Shown: piece after piece, positions 36,426 through 48,500 of the stretch | Layout of the letters: every line of letters starts with the position of its first letter | How positions within the stretch are numbered: position 1 is the stretch's first letter | Origin: Vitrella brassicaformis CCMP3155 | Taxonomy: Eukaryota > Protista > Chromerida | NCBI GenBank assembly: GCA_001179505.1 | Contig: CDMY01000423.1 | Location: forward strand, 1-64,000 | Reading direction: 5' to 3' | Length of the DNA: 64,000 nucleotides | Notes under the pieces: generated by a model | Seen by the model: only the letters and a program-made list of their open reading frames with translations | Databases searched by the model: none | Told to the model about the DNA's origin: nothing | Position numbers and translations under genes: made by a program

Positions 36426-36943
36426 CTGCTGCAAGGGGAAAGGCAGAGGCAGGGGGGACATGTAGCTCTGCCGGTCGGACACACGTAGATAATGAGATAG
36501 ATCCCACAATTCCGTCCACTTCCTCTGGCTGGCCGGCGGGCTGGCTATCCCTATGTCTGTGTGATGGGATGGCTGCTGCGAGCGAGCGTTGCGACATGCC
36601 ACAGAGAGAGAAACGACACCTTAGACTCGGCCATCCTCGTGCATGTGGAACACTCGACACTCCCTCGTGCATGTTGAGGACACGTGAACGTCAACGCTGC
36701 ATGTGTTATGTTACACTCAAGCAGGTGCGTGGCTTGGAACACAATCACAGGGCCGGGGCCGCTGGTTTGTCATATCCCAACTCGACGCATGTGTTGACCT
36801 CACTCGCACGCGCCATGCACTGTCTGTCTGTCCTTCTGCGCCCACACACCAATGCCGCCCGGCAAACCCCTTCCACCCATCCATCCATCCATCCATTCAT
36901 TCCTCTGCCCGACCGTCCCTCATCGCCCACGACGTGTGTCCCG

Positions 36944-37196
36944 TCATGCGCTGATCTTGATGGTGAGTATGCGGATGTCCTTGTAAGGCCGGTCCTCGCC
37001 GTCCGTCCGAACCTGCACAAACACAGGCCAACCAACACCAACAGCCCTTAGTGCCGCTTTCCAGACAGCCAGCCGATGTTAGGTACATTTTCGATTGCGT
37101 GGCAAACGTCCATTCCCTGCACCACCCGCCCGAACACCGTGTGCTTGTTGTCCAGCCACGGACAGGGAACCTGCCCACGTCAGCCACACAGCACAT

Positions 37197-37228
<32 letters not shown>

Positions 37229-40200
37229 GGGGGCATAGAGGGAGCAGCCCAACCACACACACGTCCGTCCGTGTGTGTGGTTGTGGCCGCACCGTGGTGA
37301 CGAAGAACTGCGAGCCGTTAGTGTTGGGTCCTGCGTTGGCCATAGAGACGGTGTATGGCCTGTCGTGCTTGAGGGCCCGATGGAACTCGTCCTCAAACTC
37401 ACCGCCCCATATCGACTCACCTGCGGACGGACGCAGAGACAGACAGACAGACACATGGATAATATGGGATGGACGCGTGCGTGTGCGTGTGTGTCTGTCA
37501 CGCCGTGTGTCCTCACCCCCAGTGCCATCTCCATTAGGGTCGCCTGTCTGCAGCATGAAGCCCTTGATCACGCGATGGAACAGACAATTGTCGTAATAGC
37601 TGAAATCACACACACACACACACACAGGGATAGGGAGAGATAGGGAGAGGTCGTGTGGCTGTCTGCTTTGCTACTGACCCGTTCCGCGAGTGCACAGTGA
37701 AGTTCTCCACTGTCCTGGGCACCTCCTGAGGGACGGTGGATGGATGGATGGATCGATGGGCGGGTGACAACACAACATACACACACTTGTGCATTGCATG
37801 GAGGTCCCGGTTGCTGTCTGTGGGATGCGTTGCGTTGCGTGCAGCTTGTTACGTTTGGGAAGAGCTTGACGACGATGTCCCCGACCGTCGTGTGGATGGT
37901 CGCCTGCTTGCCCAGCCGAATCTCACCCGTGTCAATTCCTATCAGATGGATGGATAAATCATCAAATCAACACACCATACATAAGACGTGATTGAACTGG
38001 GCAGCTGTACGTCTGTCTGTCTGTCTGTCTGGATGGATGGATGGATGGATGGCTGACCTGCCATGGCCTGTGCCTCTTCCTTGGTGGGCTTCTCGTTGAA
38101 GATGTCGCGGCTCTCCTTGACCGAGTCGGGCGGCTCGCGACGGCTGAACAGGTAAAACCTGACAACAACACGCAGCCAACACAAACACAGAGATGCGGCA
38201 ATTCAGTGGACGTGCTGTACTGTGCTGGCGTAGGGATGTTCGCCGACCTTTGTCTCTTGTATGACGAGCAGAATAGGATGGGGTCAGCGCTCTCCTGCAC
38301 AATGCGGTCGCCACTCCCACTCATAATCGCACCCGTGGCCTTCTTCTGCACACCGCACGCACACACAGCAGTGATTGCAATGCAGTGTAGCAAGTGACAG
38401 ACCTTCTGTGTGTGTGGAAGTGTGTGTGGTTTGTGGTGGCTGGGTGGGTGGCTGACCCGCTGCGGTTTGCCCTGGAAGAGAGCGATAGCAAGGAACCGCT
38501 CGCCGCTCTCGGGCCGACCCAATATGCGGCTCAACTGACACGCACACACACATGCCATGCAGGGAGTGATAGGCTGATGTAGTGTGGCTGGTTTGGTGGT
38601 TCCCTCCCTGTGTGGGTTACTTTACTTACGTTGTTAGTGATGATGTTGACGACTTTGATGCCGACCATGCAAGGGTAGATGAGGAGGGTGGAGCTCTCGT
38701 CGAACACTATACCCTGCAGGTAAAACGCATCAGACTTGCGCAACTCCTGGTGGACACACCACACACACCACACACACCACACACACAGGGGGAGGGGCAT
38801 TAATGGACTGCATGGCATGTACGTGTGTTTGCCTCTCTGCGTGTGTGTGTGGATTGGTCCCCTCCGTACCTTTTCGGTAGCGAGTCTCCTGCCGAAGTTG
38901 ATTTTGTCGAGGTGCAGCTGCTCCATCAGCGGGTCTGACTGGGCTGTCGTGTACATCTTCACACACACACACACACACACACAAATCCATACCATACACG
39001 CCAGCATCTCGTCGTCACGGCTGGCCTGCCCGGCCTACATCGATGCTCTCGTCGTATTTGCGGATCATTTTGCCCGTCGACAGCCGAAACACCCGCAGAT
39101 GGAAATCTGTTCAAACACATCAACCACCAGTAAGGGAGTGCCCTCCCCTCCCTTCCTTGGTCTGCGTGTGTCCGGGGTGTACGCGTACCTTCGCACAGAC
39201 ATGCAAACAGGTTGCCATCAGGACTCACGGTAAGCGAGAGCGCGTGTGTCTTGCTCTACACACACACACACACACACGCAACACTTAAACGACCCATTAC
39301 GCGATGCCTGCCCTCCCTCCCTCCACCCATCGCACCACCCAACTCACCTTGAGCAGTTCAAACAGGTCTGTGTCGCTCTTGAGGGTGAACTGGATCCGCC
39401 CGCCGGTGCTGGCCGGTGTGGGCAGCTGAAGTGTGTCGGGGTCCCACATCTCCAGCCCACCCGACTTGTCCGCCGACACCACGCAGTGCAGTGCCGGCAC
39501 GTAATGCAGCAGGTGCACCGCCTTCATGTGACGCTCGAACACTCGCAGTGGAGTGCCTGAGGGGTCCGTGGCCGTCACCAGACGCACCTTCGGACACCCC
39601 TTCTCAGATCTGCACACACACAGACAGGTGTCTAAGGTGGATGGATGGATGGATTGCATGCTTGTTTCTTTGTCTTGGTGTGGGCTGGGCTGAGCGTGTG
39701 ATTGATTTCTACTATCCATACATGGCGACAACGGGTTCGGCGGAGTCCCTCGGGTGGACGAATGCCAGGGCCAGTGGGGTGAAGTCAAGCTTCATCATGC
39801 ACGTCATGTCTGACGTGAAGCAAGCAAGGAACACCAAACCACAGACCAAACCACCGCATGCCATGCCACCCACCCACCCACCCACCCACCCACCACACAC
39901 GCACAACGAACGAACACTCTCATTCTTGCTCTCCTGGGTTACCGACCGAAGTTGAGTATGTCGAAGAGTTTGAATGCGTTGTCGGATCCGACGCTTCCGA
40001 GGTAGATGCCGTCGGACGAGACGGCCATGGCGAGGAGTGCGCCAATGTGGGCCCTGAAGTGCTTGACAAACTCGATGCCCTCGTAGCTCTTCTTCCAAAA
40101 CTTGATGTGCCCGTCGGCGCTGCCCGTCATCACAAACTCTACCTCGTTGCTCGCACACACTGATATATGGACATGAGAGCACGGTAAACCGTGTTGTGTT

Positions 40201-40728
40201 TGTCGTGTCGTCCGTCCTCTGCCTGCCTCCCTCCGTGGTTACCTACCTACCGTGTGTGATGGTTTGTCTGTGCATGTAGCTCTTCTCGTACATGTCACAC
40301 GTCGGCAGGTTGTCCAGGTAGACCTGCTCGTTCACCGCAACTGCACCACACATGACCACAAAAGCAACAAACCCAGCAACGCCAGGATGCACTCACTGCA
40401 CTCAATTGTCATGATGATAACACTGCGTCAGTCAGTCAGTCAGTCACCTTTCCGCTTCTTCTTGGCCGGCTGTGGCGGCATCGGCATCGGACCTGACAGT
40501 GTGTCAATCAACACAACGACAACCAGCGCAATGACAGACAGACAAGCACACTCACACACGTGATACATACACATCACATCACTGACCCAAGTCATCTTCA
40601 TCGCCGCCACCTGCAGGCGGATCCAGATCTGCCCGCTCCGAAGTCCCATTCGCATCATCAGCTCCATTCTGATCTTCGTCCGCCGCTGCTGGAGGCGGCA
40701 GGGGAATGTCAAACGAGTCGTCTGCCAT
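36944..40728 (-). CDS. PPWD1: WD40-repeat cyclophilin (peptidyl-prolyl isomerase)
   Basis: [96 protein letters not shown]. Confidence 0.96.
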
Positions 40729-40915
40729 GCCTGCACCGCTGCACTCTCCCTCCCGTTGAGCTTTGCCTCTCAGCGATTTCAGGGAGCACCCTAGGCGGCT
40801 TGCATACTTTGCGAGCTTAGCCAGCGAAGAGGGGCAGGTCAGTATTCACTGACGAAGGGATGGAAGAGGACGAGAGGGACTCAGATGATCAAAGGGAAGT
40901 AAGGGAGCACTCTTG

Positions 40916-42674
40916 ATGGATTTCGACGAGTGGTTCCACGCAAGATTGGACAGACTCACAGAGCCCGACTTCGACGCACGCAAAGGTCAGATCCAGCCGT
41001 GCAGATGTCCGCCACGCTCTCTTGCTGAGTGTGCTTCCCTGTTATTGTGTGTGCAGGTCCGTCGCCCCGTGTGATTCCCCATGTGACGTTTGTCGTGAGC
41101 TACGCCGCCAGCTGGGCGTTTGCCTGCTGCCTGCTGCACCTGTACGACGATGTGCCGCGGGAGAGGACGGGGGCGTCGTCCTATGAGATCATCGCCTTCA
41201 ATATCGCCTGCTTCATCATGCTCCAGATATTCGTCATGGAGGTCAGCCAGCCAGCCAGTCGGCCCGGTGTGTGGTTCGTTATCCCTCCCTGTGTCTGGAC
41301 GCCATTGAAATGTGTGCGTGTGTGTGTGTGTGTGCAGCTGTTCCCGGTGATATCGCTGATCTTCAGTCTGCAAAAGCGTCCGGCCTTCAACTACCTACAC
41401 CTGAAGCTCAAGCAGGCCACGCTTAACCTGGGTCTCCTGTTGGTGGGCATCTGCTGCTACGCAACCCTCATATGCAACTCGTGGCCCGTCTTCATCGACC
41501 CCGTCACCGGCAACCGCCTGTACGGCGCCCGCCTGATGGAGTGGACCGTCAGCTGCCCACTATCCATTTACCTCACCGGGCGGCTCACATTCGGCCGGCC
41601 GCTGAGCGTGGTCATCAAACCCATGGCGTGTATGTCGCTGTCCATTCAGCTGGCACTCGCGTAAGCTTAGCAGGGAGGCCATGCCATGAGTGGCTGAGCA
41701 CCCATCCCCTTATATATCTCGGTCTGTGTCCTTCCCTGTGTATTGTATGTGCAGGGCGACGCTGCTGCGTCCGTCGTGTTTGTGGCTGCGGTGGGCCTTC
41801 GGCGTGCTGCCTCTGTGCTGCTTCCTGGGGGCGCTTCACTACATGCTGGACTTCCTAGTCAAGACCAAGACCAGGGAGCCTGGTGACGGAGAGGCCGATG
41901 ACGCGTCCAGCAGCGACGGCAGTGGCGCGGTGGACGCGTCTGTGGCGCAGCATAAGCCGAGGGAATGGGTGAAGAAGACCATTCTCGGCAGCAAACTGGG
42001 AGGATGTAAGTCGACAGATAGACGAACAAGGGACAACACAGTCCTGGAGGGGAGGGGGTGGTGACTGACTGGCTTTGTTTGGGGTGTGGTGTGTCGCAGG
42101 GACGCTGTGTGCGATAGTGTTCCATCTCACCTTCCTGGGCATCATGCCACCTTGTGTGGACCAGGTAGGTCACTTGACTTGCACCGCACACACATATCAT
42201 GATGGATGCAAATACACAGACAAGCTTTAACACCAGCTGGTGCATACGGGGTGTGTGTGTGTCACATGTGTCAGATTTTGTATACTGTGTTTGATGCGAC
42301 GGCCAAGTTGGTGGAGTGTGTGAGTCAAACGGCCCTCCGCACCACAGAGTGGGATGCCTTGGTCATGCAGGTTAAGATGGTCCAGCAATCAGCCCACAAC
42401 GGGTCAGCCACTGACCGCACGCACACTAACACGAAGACACCCACTTGACCTTCCTCTCTGTGTGTTGCATCCCATCCATCTCTTGCATATCAGTCCGAGC
42501 CCCGAGATGGCTGCCCGTCTGGAGCTGCACCAGAGCAGGAAGGACGAGCTGGAAGACAGGGTGCTGCTGTCACACCTCAGGGACCGCAGCACATCCTCCT
42601 CGCCCGAACGGCTGTCCACCAAGAGCGGGGGATTCAGACGACCATGCCCGCCAAGGGACACACTGCTGCTGTAG
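40916..42674 (+). CDS. Microbial (type 1) rhodopsin with an extra N-terminal TM helix (8TM), 7 exons
   Basis: Exons 40916-40985, 41057-41241, 41338-41660, 41755-42005, 42100-42164, 42275-42402, 42494-42674 splice in frame via GT-AG. Helix C GARLMEWTVSCPL, helix E LRWAFGV, helix G LYTVFDATAKL (retinal Lys). Confidence 0.9.
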
Positions 42675-43968
42675 CTAGAAGGGGAGAGACAAGAGGGAGG
42701 GAGGGGTTGAATGGGGGTTTTGTCTGTCTGTCCGTGTGTCGTCCCTGCCCCTGCCCGTGTCCAAAGGAACGAGGCTGATCCATGAATGGATGGATGGATG
42801 GATGGATGTGGACGCGGGTGGGTGGGGGGCGGCAGAAATGGCCGGCCGTTTTATGGGAGCGGGTGAGAAAAAGACGGAGGAGGGATGGGGGACGGGCCTT
42901 ATCGCTACTGTTGCGTGTTTACATGTGTGTGTGCGTGTCTGTCAGCTGTGGCGAAGGAGGGAGGGAGGGAGGGAGGGAGGGAGGATGGGGGAGAGGATGG
43001 CGCTGTCTTGAGCGGTTACTCACTATTGTGATGTCTCGGCAGCGCTGTGCTGTATAGTCTGAGAAACACAGAGGAAGAGAAGAGAGAGATGGGCACCCGA
43101 TAGGTACCCGCTTGCTTGCCTGCCTGTCTGCCTGCCTGGCCATCTGTGCGGATGAGAGAGGAAGCGGGGAGGTGCGGTGCTCTGTGTGTGTGTGGGACCG
43201 ACCACACACGCACACGTATTTGTAACAGCTTGTGTCAGTGGGTGAGCCGCTGGCTGGCTGGCTGACTGGCCAATGGACAGATTGTCCATTCAGCCAGCCA
43301 GCCAGCGGATGGATGATGAACTGCCTAATGCTGTTTGAATGACGAACTCTTTCCCCTTGCCTACCGATGGATGACTGGATGGATGACTGGATGGATGGAT
43401 GGATGGCATTTTTGCCACAGCCTGTGGGCCTCTGCTGTGGCGTGCGTTTGAGGTGCATGGAATTTGCATGTCGTGGACTCAGGTGTGCGTGTGTCTGCAT
43501 GCATGCCTGCTTCGTGCTGCACGGGTGCGTTGGTGCGTCGGTCGACTCGTGTTTTTGAAACAAATAACTCTCACACAACGCAGTAATTCAGTTCATATCA
43601 ATGTCTTATACATGCCGACATACACAGCACGGCCGTCTCTCATCTCACCCTCATGAAAGAAAGCCTATGCAGACAAACGTCACGTGACGTGTTTGTTCGG
43701 TCAGCCACGTAAGAGAGCTCACTGATCGATCTCACACAGACGTCTCACACCACAGCACAGCCACGTACCTATTCATTGCAGTGTGGGCACCGCCACATTG
43801 AGAGCGAAGAAATACCACTCGCAGGCAGGAAAGTAACACGGGTAAAACCTCCACGCTAGCTACCACCGTCTGCCTGTCGGTGTGTTGTGTCGGTCAGACA
43901 TCATCAGGGTTGGTTGCTGCTTCTCTCTAGCCATCCAATGGCATCATATGATGGCAATGTTGGTCTCT

Positions 43969-44838
43969 CTATCCATCCTGGGGGTTTGGCAAGGAAGCAT
44001 CATCGGAAGAAGTTGGCACAGCAGCATACTGTGCGGAGGCGCCGTTGCCGGCGGCCGCCTGTCTTGCCGCTTTGGGTGGAACCGGGAAACAAAAGGACCA
44101 AGTCGCCATCCCGATTACACACGCTGGTGAAATAATCCCCATCCACAGAGTGCCCAGGGTTTGATCACAGGCAGCTCCATGCAGGCTGCCCGATTCACTG
44201 TCGAAGCACCAGGGATGACTGGTGAAGCTCCACCACCAGAAGTGCCCGATGATGGGAATAGGAATGGCCACCGTGTAGATGGAGAAAGTGACGACATTCC
44301 AGGGAGAGCTCGACAGACCATGATTCCACTTGCGGTGCACCGAGAGCCCGTAAGGGACAATGGCTGCAAGCATCAGCAGGGTCACGACGCCAATAGAGGC
44401 GTGGATTGCCCCACTTCCAGCGATGAAATCTCGCCACACAGCGGCCGCCTCTTCGTTACTGTGGTCGACAAGCCACGCGTAAGACGCCTTGCAATTGCAG
44501 AACTTCGCGTTATCGCTATAGCGACTGACGCTGCACTGCTCAAATTCCTCTCGACCAACGAGCGATTGTGCGACGCTGTGCGGATCACATCGAGTGGCGT
44601 TTCTGCCAGGCACGAGCTCCATAGAGAGACTGTAGGCCGAGAGGGTGTAGTGCTGCTTCACCTCCACATATGCGCCCTCGTGAGATGCGAAGCCACCACC
44701 AGTCAAGCGGTCGGAAAAGAGGGGAAGGGTGAACATGACTGCAAGGATGATGGCTGTGAGATAAAACAGGCCGAGTGCCTCATTCAAGACGTCCAGCGCT
44801 TCCGACCTGAGCCACTGGGACCTGAGAAGGAACATCAA
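43969..44838 (-). CDS. Four-TM membrane protein with Cys-rich first extracellular loop (claudin/PMP22-like topology); possible short upstream exon
   Basis: Uninterrupted 289-aa ORF with four hydrophobic segments, four Cys in loop 1, and a Cys pair in loop 2. Confidence 0.7.
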   Translation of the reverse strand: MMFLLRSQWLRSEALDVLNEALGLFYLTAIILAVMFTLPLFSDRLTGGGFASHEGAYVEVKQHYTLSAYSLSMELVPGRNATRCDPHSVAQSLVGREEFEQCSVSRYSDNAKFCNCKASYAWLVDHSNEEAAAVWRDFIAGSGAIHASIGVVTLLMLAAIVPYGLSVHRKWNHGLSSSPWNVVTFSIYTVAIPIPIIGHFWWWSFTSHPWCFDSESGSLHGAACDQTLGTLWMGIISPACVIGMATWSFCFPVPPKAARQAAAGNGASAQYAAVPTSSDDASLPNPQDG

Positions 44839-45551
44839 ACGGACAAGGCGTGTGATGAGTGACGCATGAGGGGGATTCTCCCCTTCTTACATCGTGAGCC
44901 ACTTGTGAGCCACGGGGATCTTCGCAAGAATTATTGGTTGGAAGCCGAGCGTCGATCTTCGCAAAACTGATCCGAACCCTAGCGCCTCCGGTTCCCACAA
45001 CGCTCTCTCACGCGCTCACGTCAGGCGATGGAGTGTCCTGGCCAAAGGAGGTAGATGTTTGCCCGGTGTGGGCGTCATTCCTCTGTTGTCGCTGCCTTCG
45101 TGGCAAAAATGGCATCCATCCATTCATCGAGAATGGGGCGGCAAGGCGGAGAAGACACTTTCAAGAGCCCATCCTTTTTGGCATCTAATTGTGGAATGAT
45201 GCACCGCATGGAGTGTGGTTTGGGTCATCTATCTGATCAGTCGGCTGGCTGCCTGTCTGTCTGTCTGTCTGTCTGTCTGTAGAGAGACACATACAGACAG
45301 ATGGATGGATGGGACATTTCCTACCTCTTCATTCGATTCACGTCTTCCACAATACACACAAAGTGAATCCGCAGTCGACACTGTGACACTGCTTTGCTTG
45401 CTGTACATGCTATCTATCGACATAGACATGCACTCGACGCATGCGCAAAGATACTGCACCAATAACAATGGTGCATGCACGCAGACAGAAAACCGAGATG
45501 ATCGTTACTCACAGAGGCGTGACGACGAGGCCATACATACAGAGACATACA

Positions 45552-48500
45552 TTAAGTGAGTACGATGGCCACTCCCCTTCTGGCCCATCTGAGCGGGTCG
45601 CTGGCCGCAGTGGGCAGCGGCAACATCATGACAGGCGTCTCCCGCTTGTCTGTGTTGGTGTACACAGGGCACTCATAAGACTGATATGCGATAGATGAGA
45701 CAGCAAGGGAGATGGAAGACGCCTGCCTGCTGGCGGCAAACGGGGCAGCAGCCTTCCTCAGCTGTGGTCTGGGCGACTGTGAGGGGGAGGGAGTGGGCGG
45801 CTCATCGAAAGTCACTGCCGACTGTCGCCCTTGTACGTGCCTGCTCTGGGCGAGCGACGTTCTCCGCTTGGCAGCCTTCTCGAAGAGGGCTGCTGTGGGT
45901 GAGGAGGCCTCCTCGGGGGTGGGGGAGTGGGGTGGCTGCTGCTCCCCTCGTGTGAAGATCGACTTCCTTCTTTGCACGGGGGGAGATGGGGAGAGGCCAG
46001 CGGGGGGCGGTACGAGCGTCACACGACGGCCACTAGTGGCTGTGGCCCTGACAGAGAGACACACACAGTAGGGATGGGAGACATCGGTGGGTGGATTACC
46101 TACCTGCCGTCCATCATGGCGGCGACGGTGTCGGTGGCAATCTTGACTCTGCTCGTCGAAGACTCGGCCTCACTTCGCTGTACCGACGAAGCCATCGAGG
46201 CGAAGGCCACTGGCTGCCGCCGGGCGCCATGGAGAGAGGCTCTTGAGCTCTTGCCTGTGATGGAGCTCTGTGGGAACCGATCGGGCATTGAACTGTCGGC
46301 AGTGACAGATATGGGGAGGGGCAGTGATGAGGCATCGGCTGACGTGATGGAGATGTGCACAACGGGAAGGGTGGACTCGAGTTGGCGGGGCCGGAGCTCC
46401 TCCAGCTGATAAGTGTGGGGGTCCCACCTGGCCCCCTGCAGGGTCAAGCCGTGCACAAAGTAGCCATCACTTGGATGCTCCGCTATGGCCATGGTGGTCG
46501 TGACGGTGTGGTGCATCTGCACACGCTCCACAGGAAGCTGCAGCCTCATGGCCTGCGTCATGACCATGGCCTTGACGAGCCGCGACGGACTGAAGAGGGC
46601 GCCCAGCCAGAAGGAGGGCGGCTCGTAGCCGAGGTTAGTGCCCTGGGGGTCCCGCAGCGCGGCCCACTGGCTGATCCACGACACCCGGGCAGAGAGGGCG
46701 GCCAGCCAAGAGGCCAACGACGGGGGCGGATGGAGAGGGTAGGGAAACGAATGAGAGTACCTGCAACAGAGGAGGCAGACGTTTTCGGCTCTGGCTGTCA
46801 GTGTGTCTCGCGCACTGACCATAATTTTGGGAGCTGCTGGTTGGCGATTCTGTCAATGAGTGTCTCGATTGGTTCTGTGAGGCTCTCTGTCCGGCCGTGT
46901 AGGGCCTCCAGCGCCTGGTGGAGACTGTCGCTCATCAGCTGCAGCAAACTGTTGTACCGATCCACCTGACGAAGGCGGAGACACAAGTAAGTATACCGCA
47001 TAACAGCCCTCGAGGCATTCAATACCTCTGCGAGCAGAGCCACTGCAAGGCCGTTGACGAAGCTGGTGGTGCCCTCTCTCCTGGGCCACATGCGTCTGTC
47101 CTCCTTCTGTATCCCGCCCGCTGCCACCGACGTGTCTGCCGCCAGCGAAGAGGACGACGCATTGCTGGGCTGACGCCTGGGCCTCTCCGCAACGATGCTG
47201 GCCTTCTTCTGAATAATCGTGCTGCGCTTCTTTCGAAATGGTCGTGGCGAGGGGGCGACCGACGGGGTATCTTGTGTGTCCCGCTTGGCATCGTCAAGCT
47301 GCTTCTGGCTCAATCGCCTTCTCGGAGAGCCTTCAGTGCTCTGTGCAGCAGCAGATGGGGCCGTGGGCACTTTCAGGACGATCTTTGCGGGCAAAGAGTC
47401 GAGGACCCGCTGGATGAGGGCGGCTATTGAGGACGGGCGAATGGCGTGGACTAATGTCTTCTCGGTGTCGTGTTGCTCGTGAGTATGCATCTCGGCGGAC
47501 AATGTCATGAATGGGCCATGCTCCGACGAAGGCTGCAGCGACGCGAGTGAGTGGAGGAAGCCCACTGTGTTGGAGCGCTCGATGGCGAGAGCAGCGTTCG
47601 GATGGAGACCCAACAGCTGATACGTACAAATATATACGGACACTTCGGCGCAGCTATTACCCTCTCCTATTCCTTTCCTGCGCATCGCATACCCTAGGGT
47701 CGTCAGCCTCCGGCCATTTGTTTGCCATGTTCCTCATCTCTTCCACGCCCCATGTCGCCAGCTCAGCCAGCGGCGGCAGGCAATACACAGCAGATGACAC
47801 CTCAGGCATCAGCGACAACCAGCTGGTCGACGAAGCGTCCGACAGATTGACTATTTTCGGTTGCAGGACAAGTGCCACGAGTGATGCGAGGCATCTGGTG
47901 TCGATGGCGTCAGTGAGCCGGCCTCCGTAGTGCAGTGTGGACAGCACGATGCGAAAGGCGTAGACAAGGGACGGAGACAGCAGGGACGGCGGCGTCTGAA
48001 GAGACAGGGGTCATGGGACATAGCGCGGTATCTCGATGCTTACCTGTGCGGCGCTTTGCTTTGAGAGGAATAGAAGTGAGGCGTTGAGGTCGCTCGCCTG
48101 GAACTGATATGCAAAATTGAAACCCAGCGACCCGTAATGACGGCGTTCCTGGAACACAGACATATGTCAGCATCCAAATGGCAAAGAGTCTCGTGATGCA
48201 TCTCACACACCTGTAGAACCGCATGCAGGAAACACGTAGCCATGACCACACGCCTCCAGGCGCCCTTAATCTTTCTCTCGGCGTCCATCCCACCAACGAT
48301 GCTTCCCCGCCTCTTGGCGGGCAGACTATCGCCCCACACCGACTCGGCGACGGCCGCCTCAGCTGCCCCGCTGAACGCCTCTTTGAGGCCGTGTGGCGGC
48401 TCGATAACCAGCGATCGTGAGGCAAGGATGACCGGCTCGGGGAAGCCTGGTGTTGGGAGAGACGTGAGGAAGATGCGGAAGGATGCGGGGAGGTTCGGGG

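Noticed and set aside
35822-37051. 409-aa plus-strand ORF as a single gene
   Set aside because: It reads through an intron and changes sense after 36234. It is better explained by the two-exon gene at 36011-36425 plus sequence antisense to the PPWD1 3' end.
42675-43968. Possible downstream effector exons (bestrophin, cyclase, PDE, histidine kinase) fused to the rhodopsin
   Set aside because: The region is microsatellite-rich with no recognisable domain motif, and the next gene is on the opposite strand. cDNA is still needed to exclude this fully.
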